Assembly (NCBI GenBank): GCA_964370805.1 | Contig: CAYJKM010000001.1 | Location: forward strand, 9,220 to 73,219 | Origin: an uncultured Alphaproteobacteria bacterium | Lineage (GTDB): Bacteria > Electryoneota > RPQS01 | Reading direction: 5' to 3' | Length of the DNA stretch: 64,000 bases | In this document: in pieces, positions 16,837-25,417 of the stretch | How positions within the stretch are numbered: the stretch's first letter is position 1 | Layout: every line of letters begins with the position of its first letter | The notes under the pieces: generated by a model | What the model saw: the letters and a program-made list of their open reading frames with translations, nothing else | Told to the model about the DNA's origin: nothing | Database searches by the model: none | Translations under genes and position numbers: made by a program

Positions 16837-17730
16837 TTGTCCGTGGCGTCCGCCTACGGCACTCTCCTCTTCATCACTCTGATCTGGGGCGCAACCTTCC
16901 CCATCGTGCAAATGGCGCTGGAAGACGCGTCCCCGTTTGCCTTTGTTGCCGTCCGCTTCGCTGTCGCCGCCCTGCTCTTTGCCGCGCTCTTTTTCCGGCG
17001 TCTGCACCTTCCCCACAGCTTGTGGGGAAGGACGGGATGGGGTCGCGAGCACCTTGTAAAAGGCATCACTCTTGGCGCGCTGCTCTATGGCGGATTTGCC
17101 TTCCAAACGCTCGGCCTCGCGCATACCACCGCCGCGCGTTCCGGTTTTATCACCGGGTTGCTCGTGCCGCTCACCCCGGTCTTTGCGTGGCTGATCTTCA
17201 AAGAGCGGATCGGCCTGCGGCTGTGGAGCGCCGTCCTACTGGCCTTTGCGGGACTTTGGATCATGTCCCGTCCCGAAGCGGGCGGACTCAACTTCGGCGA
17301 TGCGCTCACGCTCTGCTGCGCGGTTGTGTTCGCATTGCAAGTTGCGTGCGTGAGCAAATGGGCGAATCCCACCAACGACGTGCTACTGACGGCGATTCAA
17401 CTCGTCGCCACGGCAATTTTCGCCGCCATCGCGCTGCCGTTTGATTCAAACGCGCACTTTCATCCGACGACGCGGCTGCTCTCCATTACACTTTTCAACG
17501 CGGTGTTCGCGACGGCGTTTGCCATTTACGCGCAATTGAAATATCAGCCGCGCATCTCGCCCGCCGCCGCCGCCGTGATTTATGCCTGCGAGCCGCTCTT
17601 TGCGGGCCTTGCCGCGTGGGTGATCCTCGATCACGTGCCACCGATCACGACGCTCTACGGGGCGGCGTTCATTGTCGCCGGCATGATACTGTCCTCTTTA
17701 CCGTCAAAAACCAAACCTGCTTTGTCATGA
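16837..17730 (+). CDS. EamA/DMT-family transporter
   Basis: About 10 predicted TM segments. Motif LLFITLIWGATFPIVQMALEDASPFAFVAVRF is typical of an EamA domain, and a second EamA half is present. Start is TTG 16837 or GTG 16843. Confidence 0.8.
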   Translation: MSVASAYGTLLFITLIWGATFPIVQMALEDASPFAFVAVRFAVAALLFAALFFRRLHLPHSLWGRTGWGREHLVKGITLGALLYGGFAFQTLGLAHTTAARSGFITGLLVPLTPVFAWLIFKERIGLRLWSAVLLAFAGLWIMSRPEAGGLNFGDALTLCCAVVFALQVACVSKWANPTNDVLLTAIQLVATAIFAAIALPFDSNAHFHPTTRLLSITLFNAVFATAFAIYAQLKYQPRISPAAAAVIYACEPLFAGLAAWVILDHVPPITTLYGAAFIVAGMILSSLPSKTKPALS

Positions 17731-18254
17731 GACTACTGCTGATTGTGCTCGTCGCGGCTGCCATGACTGCCGCTCCCGCAATGTCCGAACCGAAACGGAT
17801 CGTCGTCGAACGCCCGCCCGCCGGACAGGACACGGCGTCGTCCTATTTTCGCTATGAGGCCGGCACCGACTCCACGCCGCCGCGGCTGATGATTGATCCT
17901 GGCGAGCTGGCCTACCAGATGAAAGTGGACTCGATCAACGACGCCGCGGAATTGAAGATCCGCAAGGCAATCGAGCAGCTCGAACGCAAGTTCGAGGATC
18001 CGAAAGTCGAAGAGATGGTCGGCCGCTTGATCGGCACCATCGTCATGGAACAGCAACTGGCGCTGCTCGACATTCAGATTGATCGTGCGCTCAGCTTCCG
18101 CGATACCCTGCTGCTCAAAGGCCTCGAACTCGCCTTTCAGGAACTGCTCCGCAACGTCCCACAAATCCGCGAGGAACTCCTGAATCAAGTGAATGCGCTC
18201 GAACGCCGCTTCCGCGAACTGGAATTGGAGCTGCAAGCCGTCCGACGCGAATAA
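17727..18254 (+). CDS. secreted coiled-coil hypothetical protein
   Basis: ORF 17616..18254. ATG at 17727 overlaps the EamA stop (ATGA) and gives signal peptide MRLLLIVLVAAAMTAAPAMS. The C-terminal half is heptad-like and charged. Confidence 0.6.
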   Translation: MRLLLIVLVAAAMTAAPAMSEPKRIVVERPPAGQDTASSYFRYEAGTDSTPPRLMIDPGELAYQMKVDSINDAAELKIRKAIEQLERKFEDPKVEEMVGRLIGTIVMEQQLALLDIQIDRALSFRDTLLLKGLELAFQELLRNVPQIREELLNQVNALERRFRELELELQAVRRE

Positions 18255-18292
18255 TCTCTTGGTTTTTAATTTTTGGTTTTTGTTTTTCTTTT

Positions 18293-18320
18293 CGGCGGCC
18301 AAAGGCCGCCGCTTTCTTGT
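18293..18320 (+). terminator. intrinsic terminator
   Basis: CGGCGGCC-AAA-GGCCGCCG followed by CTTTCTTGT. Preceded by a T-rich array TTGGTTTTTAATTTTTGGTTTTTGTTTTTC. Confidence 0.6.
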
Positions 18321-18452
18321 GGATTCGGTCAGCATTGCAAAACTTCAAGCATTGCTTCAACTCCGGAACTTAAAGCCTCTCTTTACACTTCCAACTCATT
18401 GATATCTCGGAGCATCAATTGTACATACCCATTCAGATTCGTTCAGTGCCTC

Positions 18453-18482
18453 TTGACTTTTCCTGGTTTACTTGACTAAATT
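18453..18482 (+). promoter_or_regulatory. candidate sigma70-type promoter for the histidine kinase gene
   Basis: TTGACT, 18 nt spacer, TAAATT. Whether the sigma70 consensus applies to this lineage is unknown. Confidence 0.35.
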
Positions 18483-18567
18483 ATCCAAAAAGAAATCTGC
18501 CGCGGTTTTTGTGCTTCCCGTCACCGCGGCCGAGCTCATCCGAGCAGCGAATCCTCCCGCACGATAC

Positions 18568-18597
18568 GCACCGAGGCCTCGTTGCTTTTTTGTTTTC
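18568..18597 (+). promoter_or_regulatory. terminator-shaped hairpin in the kinase leader (possible attenuator)
   Basis: GCACCG-AGGCCT-CGTTGC (one mismatch) followed by TTTTTTGTTTT. It ends 34 nt before ATG 18631. Confidence 0.35.
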
Positions 18598-18630
18598 ATT
18601 TGGGATCACTCCAGTTTTCTGCGCACTCTT

Positions 18631-20445
18631 ATGACACGGTACCATTCGCCGGACACGGCCCTCGCGAAAATCGAACTTCGCGTCATCGCTTTCTCGGCGC
18701 TGGTGGGAATCTTTATCGGCTTTCTCGACACCGTCGTTGACTATTTCGCCTTCTATCGCGGCTCGTTCATCGAAATTCTGTTCAGCGCCGTGCCGACCGA
18801 AGAACTCTGGAAACGCGGTTTTGCCCTGATCGTGTGCTTGATCTTCGGCATTATTGTGGCGCGCGTGATGGGTCATCGCCTGCAGGCCGAACGCGCACGA
18901 GCCGAAAGCGAGAAGCAGTTCCAGCTGCTGTTCGAGTATGCGCCGGACGCCATCTACTTGCACGAGCTGGATGGTTGCCTGATCAACATGAACCGTGCGG
19001 GTGAGGAACTCACCGGTTACTCGCGCGACGAACTGCGCGGCCGCCGCCTGCTCGAAAGCGGTCTGCTGCGTCCACAGGAGATCCCACGGGCCGCCGAAAT
19101 CCTCAGCCGCAACGCTCGCCATGAGGAAACCGGCCCGGATGAGTTCACAATCATGAAGCAGAACGGCCAACTTGCCGTGGCGGAAATCCGCACCTTTCCC
19201 GTGAACATGCGCGGCCAAACGCTCATCATGGCCATCGCCCGCGATATCACCCAACGCAAGCGCAGTGAGCGCGAGAAGGAACAGCTCGAGGAGCAACTTC
19301 GCCAGGCGCAGAAAATGGAATCCATCGGCCGACTCGCCGGCGGAATCGCGCACGACTTCAACAATCTCCTGACCGGCATCATCGGCTACGCCGAACTCGG
19401 CATGCTGCAACAAAAATCCCGCGGCCATCAGATCGCGGAATTGCAGGAGATCATCTCGTCGGGGCATCGCGCCGCCGAACTAACCCGGCAACTCCTTGCC
19501 TTCAGCCGCAAGCAGGTGCTGGCTCCGACGACGCTCAATCTCAATGAGATCGTGACCCGGCTCGAGCGCATGCTGGATCGCATGATCGGCGAGGACATTC
19601 TGATCGTCACCCATTTGGATCCCGCCATCAGCAGCGTCAGGGCCGATCCCGTCCAAATGGAGCAAATGCTGATGAATCTGGCCGTCAACGCACGCGATGC
19701 GATGCCCGACGGCGGCCGGCTCACGTTTGAAACCGGGAACGCCTTGCTCGATGAGGAATATGCGCGCACCCACCCGGGCGTGCAGCCCGGACCTTATGTG
19801 ATGCTGTCGATCAGCGATACCGGCCAGGGCATGAGCGCTGACGTGCAGAGTCACATTTTCGAGCCGTTCTTCACCACCAAGGAGAAGGGCAAAGGCACCG
19901 GCTTGGGCTTGTCCACCGTTTACGGCATTGTTAATCAACATGGCGGACATCTCTGGCTGTACAGCGAACCGGGGCACGGCACGATCTTCAAAATCTACTT
20001 GCCCGCCGTGGACGCGCCCTCTGATCAGCGAACGTTTCCACCCGATACCGGCGAAGAGCGCCGCGGAACGGAAACCGTGCTGTTGGTCGAGGATCAGGAA
20101 ACCGTTCGCAAGCTCGTCGGCAGCATTCTCACTGAGTACGGTTATGATGTGCTGCCAGCCCCTAATGCCCGCGAAGCGGTGCGCATCGCCAATGCGCATC
20201 CGACTCCGATTCATTTACTCCTGACCGACGTGATCATGCCGGAGCTGAACGGCAAGGAATTGGCTCAGCAGCTCGCCGCCCGGCATCCGCACATGCACGT
20301 CATCTACATGTCTGGCTACACCGACGACGTCATTGTCCACCATGGCATGCTGGAACCCGGCACCGACTTTCTGCAGAAGCCGCTCACGGTTCATGCCCTC
20401 ACGCAAAAAGTCCGCGACGTGCTTGATCGCACCGTCAACGCGTGA
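18631..20445 (+). CDS. hybrid sensor histidine kinase / response regulator (TM + PAS + HisKA + HATPase_c + REC)
   Basis: ORF 18472..20445 starts at TTG. ATG 18631 is taken as the start. Two or three TM segments. PAS region LFEYAPDAIYLHELDG. H-box GGIAHDFNNLLTGI. N, G1 and G2 boxes NLAVNARDAM, DTGQGM, GKGTGLGLS. Receiver LLLTDVIMPELNG. Confidence 0.85.
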   Translation: MTRYHSPDTALAKIELRVIAFSALVGIFIGFLDTVVDYFAFYRGSFIEILFSAVPTEELWKRGFALIVCLIFGIIVARVMGHRLQAERARAESEKQFQLLFEYAPDAIYLHELDGCLINMNRAGEELTGYSRDELRGRRLLESGLLRPQEIPRAAEILSRNARHEETGPDEFTIMKQNGQLAVAEIRTFPVNMRGQTLIMAIARDITQRKRSEREKEQLEEQLRQAQKMESIGRLAGGIAHDFNNLLTGIIGYAELGMLQQKSRGHQIAELQEIISSGHRAAELTRQLLAFSRKQVLAPTTLNLNEIVTRLERMLDRMIGEDILIVTHLDPAISSVRADPVQMEQMLMNLAVNARDAMPDGGRLTFETGNALLDEEYARTHPGVQPGPYVMLSISDTGQGMSADVQSHIFEPFFTTKEKGKGTGLGLSTVYGIVNQHGGHLWLYSEPGHGTIFKIYLPAVDAPSDQRTFPPDTGEERRGTETVLLVEDQETVRKLVGSILTEYGYDVLPAPNAREAVRIANAHPTPIHLLLTDVIMPELNGKELAQQLAARHPHMHVIYMSGYTDDVIVHHGMLEPGTDFLQKPLTVHALTQKVRDVLDRTVNA

Positions 20446-20461
20446 TTTGAAACAACAACTA

Positions 20462-20484
20462 CCCCCCAGTCGCCGACTGGGGGG
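20462..20484. terminator. 10-bp hairpin between convergent genes (bidirectional terminator candidate)
   Basis: CCCCCCAGTC-GCC-GACTGGGGGG, between the kinase stop (20445) and the NRAMP stop (20523). Confidence 0.55.
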
Positions 20485-20522
20485 CTCAACAGCTAAACTT
20501 GTCTTTTCCGGATTTCCTGTCT

Positions 20523-21794
20523 CTAATTTCCCCCCATCACCTGCATCCCTATCCACCCCGCCGACATCGCCGTGATGGCGATCACAAACACCCAGCAGAC
20601 GACATTGTACGTTCGCCCGTTCACGTATTCGCCCATCAGCCTCTTGTTGTTGACGATCAGCAGAATCGGAATCAATGTGAACGGCAGCATGATCCCGTTG
20701 ATCACCTGCGAATAGAACATCACGGCAATCAGCGGCAAGCCCGGCAGCAGCACGAACAGCGCGCCCAGCACAATCAGCGCGGTATAGAGCGCGTAGAACT
20801 GCTTCGCTTCCTGAAACTTGTGATCCAGCCCGGACTCCCAGCCCATCGCTTCGCAAATCGTATACGATGTTGAGATCGGCAGAATCGACGCCGCAAATAG
20901 ACTCGCGTTCAACAGCCCGATGGCGAACAGCCCCGCGCTGAATCGCCCCGCCAGCGGCAGCAGCGCCTGCGCGGCATCGGCCGCCGTGTCAATCCGCACC
21001 GCGTGAACGTATAAGGTCCCCGCGCACACGACCACGATGAACAGTGCCACCAGCGACACCGTCACGCCGCCGAAAATCGTGTCAAATCGCGAATAACCGT
21101 AATGCTTGAGCGAGATGTGCTTTTCGACGATGGAGGCCTGCTGATAGAATTGCATCCACGGCGCGATCGTCGTTCCGACCAGTCCGATCAACATCAGCAG
21201 ATAACCCCGTTCGTGAATGATCTGCGGAATGACCAGCGCCTTTCCCACTTCCCCCCAGTGCGGGTGCACCTGAAATCCGGTGATGATGTACGCGACATAA
21301 AAAAGCGTCGCAAAGAGAAAGACCTTCTCAATCGACGCATACGTCCCGGCAATGACCAGCGCCCACACGGCAAACGCCGCAATCGGCACGCTCACGAACT
21401 TGGGAATTCCTAACAGCTCTCCCGCCGCCGCAATCCCGGAAAACTCGGCCAGCACGTTGCCGAAGTTCGTCAGCAGCAGCGCCAGCATCAGGTAAAACGT
21501 CCAGCGCACGCCGAACTGCTCGCGAATCAGATCCGAGAGTCCCTTCCCCGTCACCACGCCCATGCGGTTGACCATCTCCTGAATCATGATCAACGCCACG
21601 GTCATCGGAATGAAGATCCACAGCGCCGCCAGACCGTAGTGCGCGCCCGCCTGCGAATATGTGGTGATTCCGCCCGCATCATTGTCCACGTTCGCCGTGA
21701 TGATCCCCGGCCCCATGATGGAGAGAAAGATCACCACTCGCGCCCACGCGGGTGAAAATCGTGACGTGATCTTGTGGGGGATGAGGTTGGGCAC
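20523..21794 (-). CDS. mntH: NRAMP-family divalent metal (Mn2+/Fe2+) transporter
   Basis: MGPGIITANVDNDAGGITTYSQAGAHYG is the DPGN-type NRAMP signature region. About 11 TM segments, 423 aa. Confidence 0.85.
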   Translation of the reverse strand: MPNLIPHKITSRFSPAWARVVIFLSIMGPGIITANVDNDAGGITTYSQAGAHYGLAALWIFIPMTVALIMIQEMVNRMGVVTGKGLSDLIREQFGVRWTFYLMLALLLTNFGNVLAEFSGIAAAGELLGIPKFVSVPIAAFAVWALVIAGTYASIEKVFLFATLFYVAYIITGFQVHPHWGEVGKALVIPQIIHERGYLLMLIGLVGTTIAPWMQFYQQASIVEKHISLKHYGYSRFDTIFGGVTVSLVALFIVVVCAGTLYVHAVRIDTAADAAQALLPLAGRFSAGLFAIGLLNASLFAASILPISTSYTICEAMGWESGLDHKFQEAKQFYALYTALIVLGALFVLLPGLPLIAVMFYSQVINGIMLPFTLIPILLIVNNKRLMGEYVNGRTYNVVCWVFVIAITAMSAGWIGMQVMGGN

Positions 21795-21812
21795 AGGGTC
21801 AGTATTTTTCGC

Positions 21813-21889
21813 GTAGGGGCGGCCCTGTGTGGCCGCTCGTGGATTGGTGGGCGATCATCAGATGGACGACCACAGCGGGTCGTCCCTAC
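21813..21889. repeat. inverted doublet of GTAGGG-prefixed hairpins (REP-B, BIME-like)
   Basis: GTAGGG-GCGGCC-CTGTGT-GGCCGC at 21813-21836 on +. On the minus strand, GTAGGG-ACGACC-CGCTGT-GGTCGT at 21889-21864. The stems differ but co-vary. Confidence 0.7.
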
Positions 21890-21898
21890 AATCATACG

Positions 21899-23173
21899 TT
21901 AACGTTTTCTCGGCAGCTTCGGCTTTCGCGACGAGCGAAAACTCTTGATCGTCGTCACCGTATTCACGCTCGGCCGCTGCAACCCCGTGGCTCGCTCCGG
22001 CGGCGGCACGCTGTAATTGAAATCCCGCAGCGCTACGCGCGGCAGCGCATGGCCCAGATGCCGCTCGATCTCCCGCATCTGATATTCCTCCTCCGGGGAT
22101 ACGATCGTGAACGCGTCGCCGACCCGTTCCGCGCGCGCGGTGCGGCCGATCCGGTGCACGTAATCCTCCGGCGTGCCCGGGACGTCAAAGTTGATCACGT
22201 GCGTGATGCCTTCCACGTCCAGACCGCGCGCGGCGATGTCCGTCGCCACCAGCACTTCGTACTTTCCTCGCCGGAAGCCTTCCAGCGCGGCGATCCGCTG
22301 CGATTGCGAACGGTCGCCGTGAATGATCGCAATCTTCATGTTCTCGCGCTGCAGCACTTTGGCCAGACGATCCGCGCGCCGTTTCGTGCGCGTGAACACC
22401 AGCGCCGAGCGGATTCCCACCTCTTTCAAGATGGCCGGCAGCAGATACGCTTTCAAATGCGCCGCCACCGGATACACCGCGTGCGTGATGCCGACGGCCG
22501 CCTCGGAGCGATGCCCGATCTGCACCTGCTCCGGGTTGTGCAGCATGGACGCTGCGAGCTTCGCAATTTCCACCGGAATGGTCGCCGAGAACAACATCGT
22601 CTGCCGCTTGTCGGGCAGGTAATAGATGATGCGCCGGATGTCCGGCAGGAAACCCATGTCCAGCATCCGGTCGGCCTCGTCCAGCACGAAGACTTGCAGC
22701 GTATCAAGGTTGATGTTGCGATGATCGAGATGATCGAGCAGACGCCCTGGCGTGGCGACAACAATGTCCACGCCTTCTTTGAGCGCGCGCGTCTGCGGCC
22801 CGATCGCCACGCCGCCGTAAATGGCCGCGATCTTTATTTTCGTATGCCGTGCGTACTGTTTGAGCGCCGCATCGATCTGCGCCGTCAGCTCGCGCGTCGG
22901 GCTCAAAATCAGCGCACGTAGGATGTGATTGCGACGGTTCTCATCGAGAATCCGCTGCAGAATCGGCAGCCCGAAGGCGGCCGTCTTGCCCGTGCCCGTC
23001 TGCGCGGAGCCGGTCAGATCCTTGCCGGTCATCACGATCGGAATCGCCTCTTCCTGAATCGGCGTGGGACGTTCATAGCCCTGCTCGGCGACGGCTTTCA
23101 GCAGCCGCTCATCCAGCCCGAACTTCGCAAACGGATTAACAGCGGGAGTGGTGTGTGTTTGTTTGTGTGGCAT
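21899..23173 (-). CDS. rhlE: DEAD-box ATP-dependent RNA helicase
   Basis: Q-motif/GYERPTPIQ, Walker A AQTGTGKT, DEAD (VLDEADRMLDMGF), SAT, HRIGRTARA. Basic C-terminal tail. Start taken at ATG 23173 (MPHKQ...); the ORF extends to 23221. Confidence 0.85.
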   Translation of the reverse strand: MPHKQTHTTPAVNPFAKFGLDERLLKAVAEQGYERPTPIQEEAIPIVMTGKDLTGSAQTGTGKTAAFGLPILQRILDENRRNHILRALILSPTRELTAQIDAALKQYARHTKIKIAAIYGGVAIGPQTRALKEGVDIVVATPGRLLDHLDHRNINLDTLQVFVLDEADRMLDMGFLPDIRRIIYYLPDKRQTMLFSATIPVEIAKLAASMLHNPEQVQIGHRSEAAVGITHAVYPVAAHLKAYLLPAILKEVGIRSALVFTRTKRRADRLAKVLQRENMKIAIIHGDRSQSQRIAALEGFRRGKYEVLVATDIAARGLDVEGITHVINFDVPGTPEDYVHRIGRTARAERVGDAFTIVSPEEEYQMREIERHLGHALPRVALRDFNYSVPPPERATGLQRPSVNTVTTIKSFRSSRKPKLPRKR

Positions 23174-23263
23174 GTGATATATACTCGAATGGTGAAACTT
23201 AGAATCTGAATCAAACATCAAACCACAATTGTCAGCCTACAAATGACTGGCACTCCAGTTACC

Positions 23264-23303
23264 GTTTGAAGTTTGAGGTTTGAGGTTTGAGGTTTGAAGT
23301 TTG
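23264..23303 (+). repeat. GTTTGAR heptamer micro-tandem array
   Basis: GTTTGAA GTTTGAG GTTTGAG GTTTGAG GTTTGAA GTTTG, abutting the RAYT stop codon. Related arrays at 27681-27738. Confidence 0.75.
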
Positions 23304-23756
23304 TTATGCGGCCGCAAACGGATGATCCACTGCTTTCGCCGTATGCTTGCGATGCGCGTTGTTGACCACGTACTCCCGCGCGATGAACAGCTCGCGCTCA
23401 GTATGAATCGCGTGCGCGAAATCATCCGTCTGCCAGACCGGTTGTCCCGGCGTCTCCCGCAGTTGATTGATCGCCCGCGCGGAGCGCTCTTTGAACACGC
23501 GCACGACCTCCGCCACGGTATAGTTGCTCTTCCCACTCAGGACGATGATCGCGTGCACGTGATCGGGCAGAATCGCCAGCTCATCGAGCGCGATCTGCGG
23601 AAAGCGCTCGGACAGCCCATGCCAGCACTCCTGCACCGCCTCGCCGAACGGACTGAGCCGCGTCGCATCGTACTTGATCGCCCCGAACAGCGATTCCTTC
23701 TGCGCCGCCCGCAGCGTCACAAAATACGCATCTGTAAGATTGAGGTTCTTGCTCAT
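23304..23756 (-). CDS. REP-associated tyrosine transposase (RAYT; IS200-like Y1 HUH enzyme)
   Basis: 150 aa. HUH motif LPDHVHAII. VWQTDDFAHAIH aligns with the E. coli RAYT block IWQPRFWEHAIR. The catalytic-Tyr block REYVVNNA aligns with VDYIYINP. AGGAGGG SD. Confidence 0.8.
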   Translation of the reverse strand: MSKNLNLTDAYFVTLRAAQKESLFGAIKYDATRLSPFGEAVQECWHGLSERFPQIALDELAILPDHVHAIIVLSGKSNYTVAEVVRVFKERSARAINQLRETPGQPVWQTDDFAHAIHTERELFIAREYVVNNAHRKHTAKAVDHPFAAA

Positions 23757-23840
23757 GGAGAAACCCTCCTATGTATATGGGTTTTCCGGCATCTCGCTCC
23801 CGGAACATAGTGTTATCGGATTCTGATTTGCTCCCGTCTT

Positions 23841-23866
23841 GCTTTCAGCATTTCAGCATTTCAGCG
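23841..23866 (+). repeat. CATTTCAG octamer micro-tandem array
   Basis: GCTTTCAG CATTTCAG CATTTCAG CG, between the RAYT start and the stop of CDS 23873..25186. Confidence 0.7.
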
Positions 23867-23872
23867 TTGTCC

Positions 23873-25186
23873 TCAGTCCGCTTTCCACACCCGATACAGA
23901 TGCGGCAAGAGCTGATCGAACGCATGCTTGAAGCTGATCACCCCGCGCAAAACGCCGTCCTCATCCACGATGGGAAGATAGAGGAAGTTATAGCGTAGGA
24001 ACGAATCGGCAATTTCATCCATCCGCGCGTCGGGTGCGAGCGTGACCAGCCGCTGCTGAATCACGTTGTCCAGCTTCAAATGCGGGTCGGTCATGATCAG
24101 ATGCCGCCAACTGATCACACCCGAGAGCTTGCCGTCGTCGTCGTGCACGTACACGTAATAGATCGCTTCGATCTCCTCGGCCTGCTTGCGCACCGTGTCC
24201 AGCGCATCGCCCACGGTTCGCTCCGCGCCGATCTCGATGAAGTCCGTCGTCATCAGCGAGCCGGCCGTGTCGTCTGTGTACGTCATCAGCTCCTGCAGCT
24301 CAGCCTTCTCCTCCGTGCCCTCGAACGCTTCGAGAATCTCCGACGACGATTCTTCATCCAGATTGCCCAGAATGTCCGCCGCCATTGCCGGCTCCATCTC
24401 TTCCAAGATGTCCGCGGCGAGTTCCTCGTCCATACCCTCTATGACGGATTTCTGAATATCTTCGTCGGTCTCTTCGAGCACTTCCGCCGCCGTTTCCGCA
24501 TCGAGCGTGGCGAGCATCACCTGCCGCTGTTGATGATCAAGGTCTTCCAGAATATCCGCCAATTCGCCGGGATGCAGCTCGTTCAATCCGCGCGCCCCGA
24601 TCGTCAATCGAATCGGCGCAATCCGCGCGGACTCTGACGTCACCGGCTGCACGAATTTCCACGAGATCAGATCGTCATGGATCGGTTTGCCGAGCGTCTT
24701 CGCCACCGGTTTGATCGTCGTCTCCCAACCGAGCCGCCGCAGCAAGCCGGAGAAGCCGACGTCCACGTGCACGACCCATTGCCGCTCGCCGATGAGCAGG
24801 TGAATGTCGTTCACGCGCACGACTTTGGCCCCTTCCACGTCCACGATCTGCTTGTCCCAAAGTAAATCCCGCAGGCTCACGTCTTCGGGGCCGAGTTCGA
24901 GCGGCCGGATCAACTTCTCATCCACCACCAGATAACCATGCTTGAAAATGGTCACGTATTCTTCGTATCGCGCGGGATAGAGCACGGTCGTGTCGCGATG
25001 CCGCAGCACAATCCCCCGCACCTGCGGATAGAGTTCCCCCAATGTCGCCACGATGTCCCAGATCCGGCCCATCGAGGTCCCCAGCTTGGAACTCTTGGCT
25101 CTTCTTCCCACTAACGAGGAAAAGAAATATAGTTCTTCGGGGTGTCCGGCCATCTTGATCTCCACTGCACTTACATCAAATCTCAA
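23873..25186 (-). CDS. soluble MgtE_N + CBS-pair protein with N-terminal PRC-barrel-like region (no MgtE membrane domain)
   Basis: Acidic helical MgtE-N style region LHPGELADILEDLDHQQRQVMLATLDAETAAEVLEE...AADILEEMEPAMAADILGNL. Two CBS motifs follow. The ORF ends without TM segments. An alternative start is ATG 25153. Confidence 0.7.
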   Translation of the reverse strand: MRFDVSAVEIKMAGHPEELYFFSSLVGRRAKSSKLGTSMGRIWDIVATLGELYPQVRGIVLRHRDTTVLYPARYEEYVTIFKHGYLVVDEKLIRPLELGPEDVSLRDLLWDKQIVDVEGAKVVRVNDIHLLIGERQWVVHVDVGFSGLLRRLGWETTIKPVAKTLGKPIHDDLISWKFVQPVTSESARIAPIRLTIGARGLNELHPGELADILEDLDHQQRQVMLATLDAETAAEVLEETDEDIQKSVIEGMDEELAADILEEMEPAMAADILGNLDEESSSEILEAFEGTEEKAELQELMTYTDDTAGSLMTTDFIEIGAERTVGDALDTVRKQAEEIEAIYYVYVHDDDGKLSGVISWRHLIMTDPHLKLDNVIQQRLVTLAPDARMDEIADSFLRYNFLYLPIVDEDGVLRGVISFKHAFDQLLPHLYRVWKAD

Positions 25187-25303
25187 TGCACTCTTTGGTC
25201 TCCCTGCTCGGGAGGGGGACAGTATGGGGGTCGTGTCTTCAGGGAGACCTCGGCATTCTACTCAATAACATAGCTAATTTTATCAATTTAGTCAACATCC
25301 GGC

Positions 25304-25332
25304 TTGATTTTCCCCCGAACTTTGTGTATTTT
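25304..25332 (+). promoter_or_regulatory. candidate sigma70-type promoter for the DUF1015 gene
   Basis: TTGATT, 17 nt spacer, TATTTT. Confidence 0.35.
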
Positions 25333-25417
25333 TACTCGATTATCGGGCGGCTCTGCCCGCCGCTGCACAAACTTACTTCCGGCTGCCTCTGGCTGCCTTC
25401 AGAATTTAAGGAATCTC

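Noticed and set aside
18472-18630. N-terminal extension of the histidine kinase from TTG 18472.
   Set aside because: The extension overlaps the promoter-like site and a terminator-like hairpin. It starts at TTG and encodes non-membrane, low-quality sequence. ATG 18631 precedes the first TM segment.
23304-23756. Suspicion that the RAYT is catalytically dead because WQTDDFAHAI has Phe where I first expected Tyr.
   Set aside because: Aligning to the E. coli RAYT shows that block corresponds to IWQPRFWEHAIR, which is not catalytic. The catalytic Tyr lies in VDYIYINP, matched here by REYVVNN with the Tyr present.
25187-25300. M-box/Mg riboswitch upstream of the MgtE_N-CBS gene.
   Set aside because: The leader is short and shows only a small hairpin (TCTCCC...GGGAGG). 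Nothing resembles the ~160-nt M-box architecture, and the gene is not a transporter.
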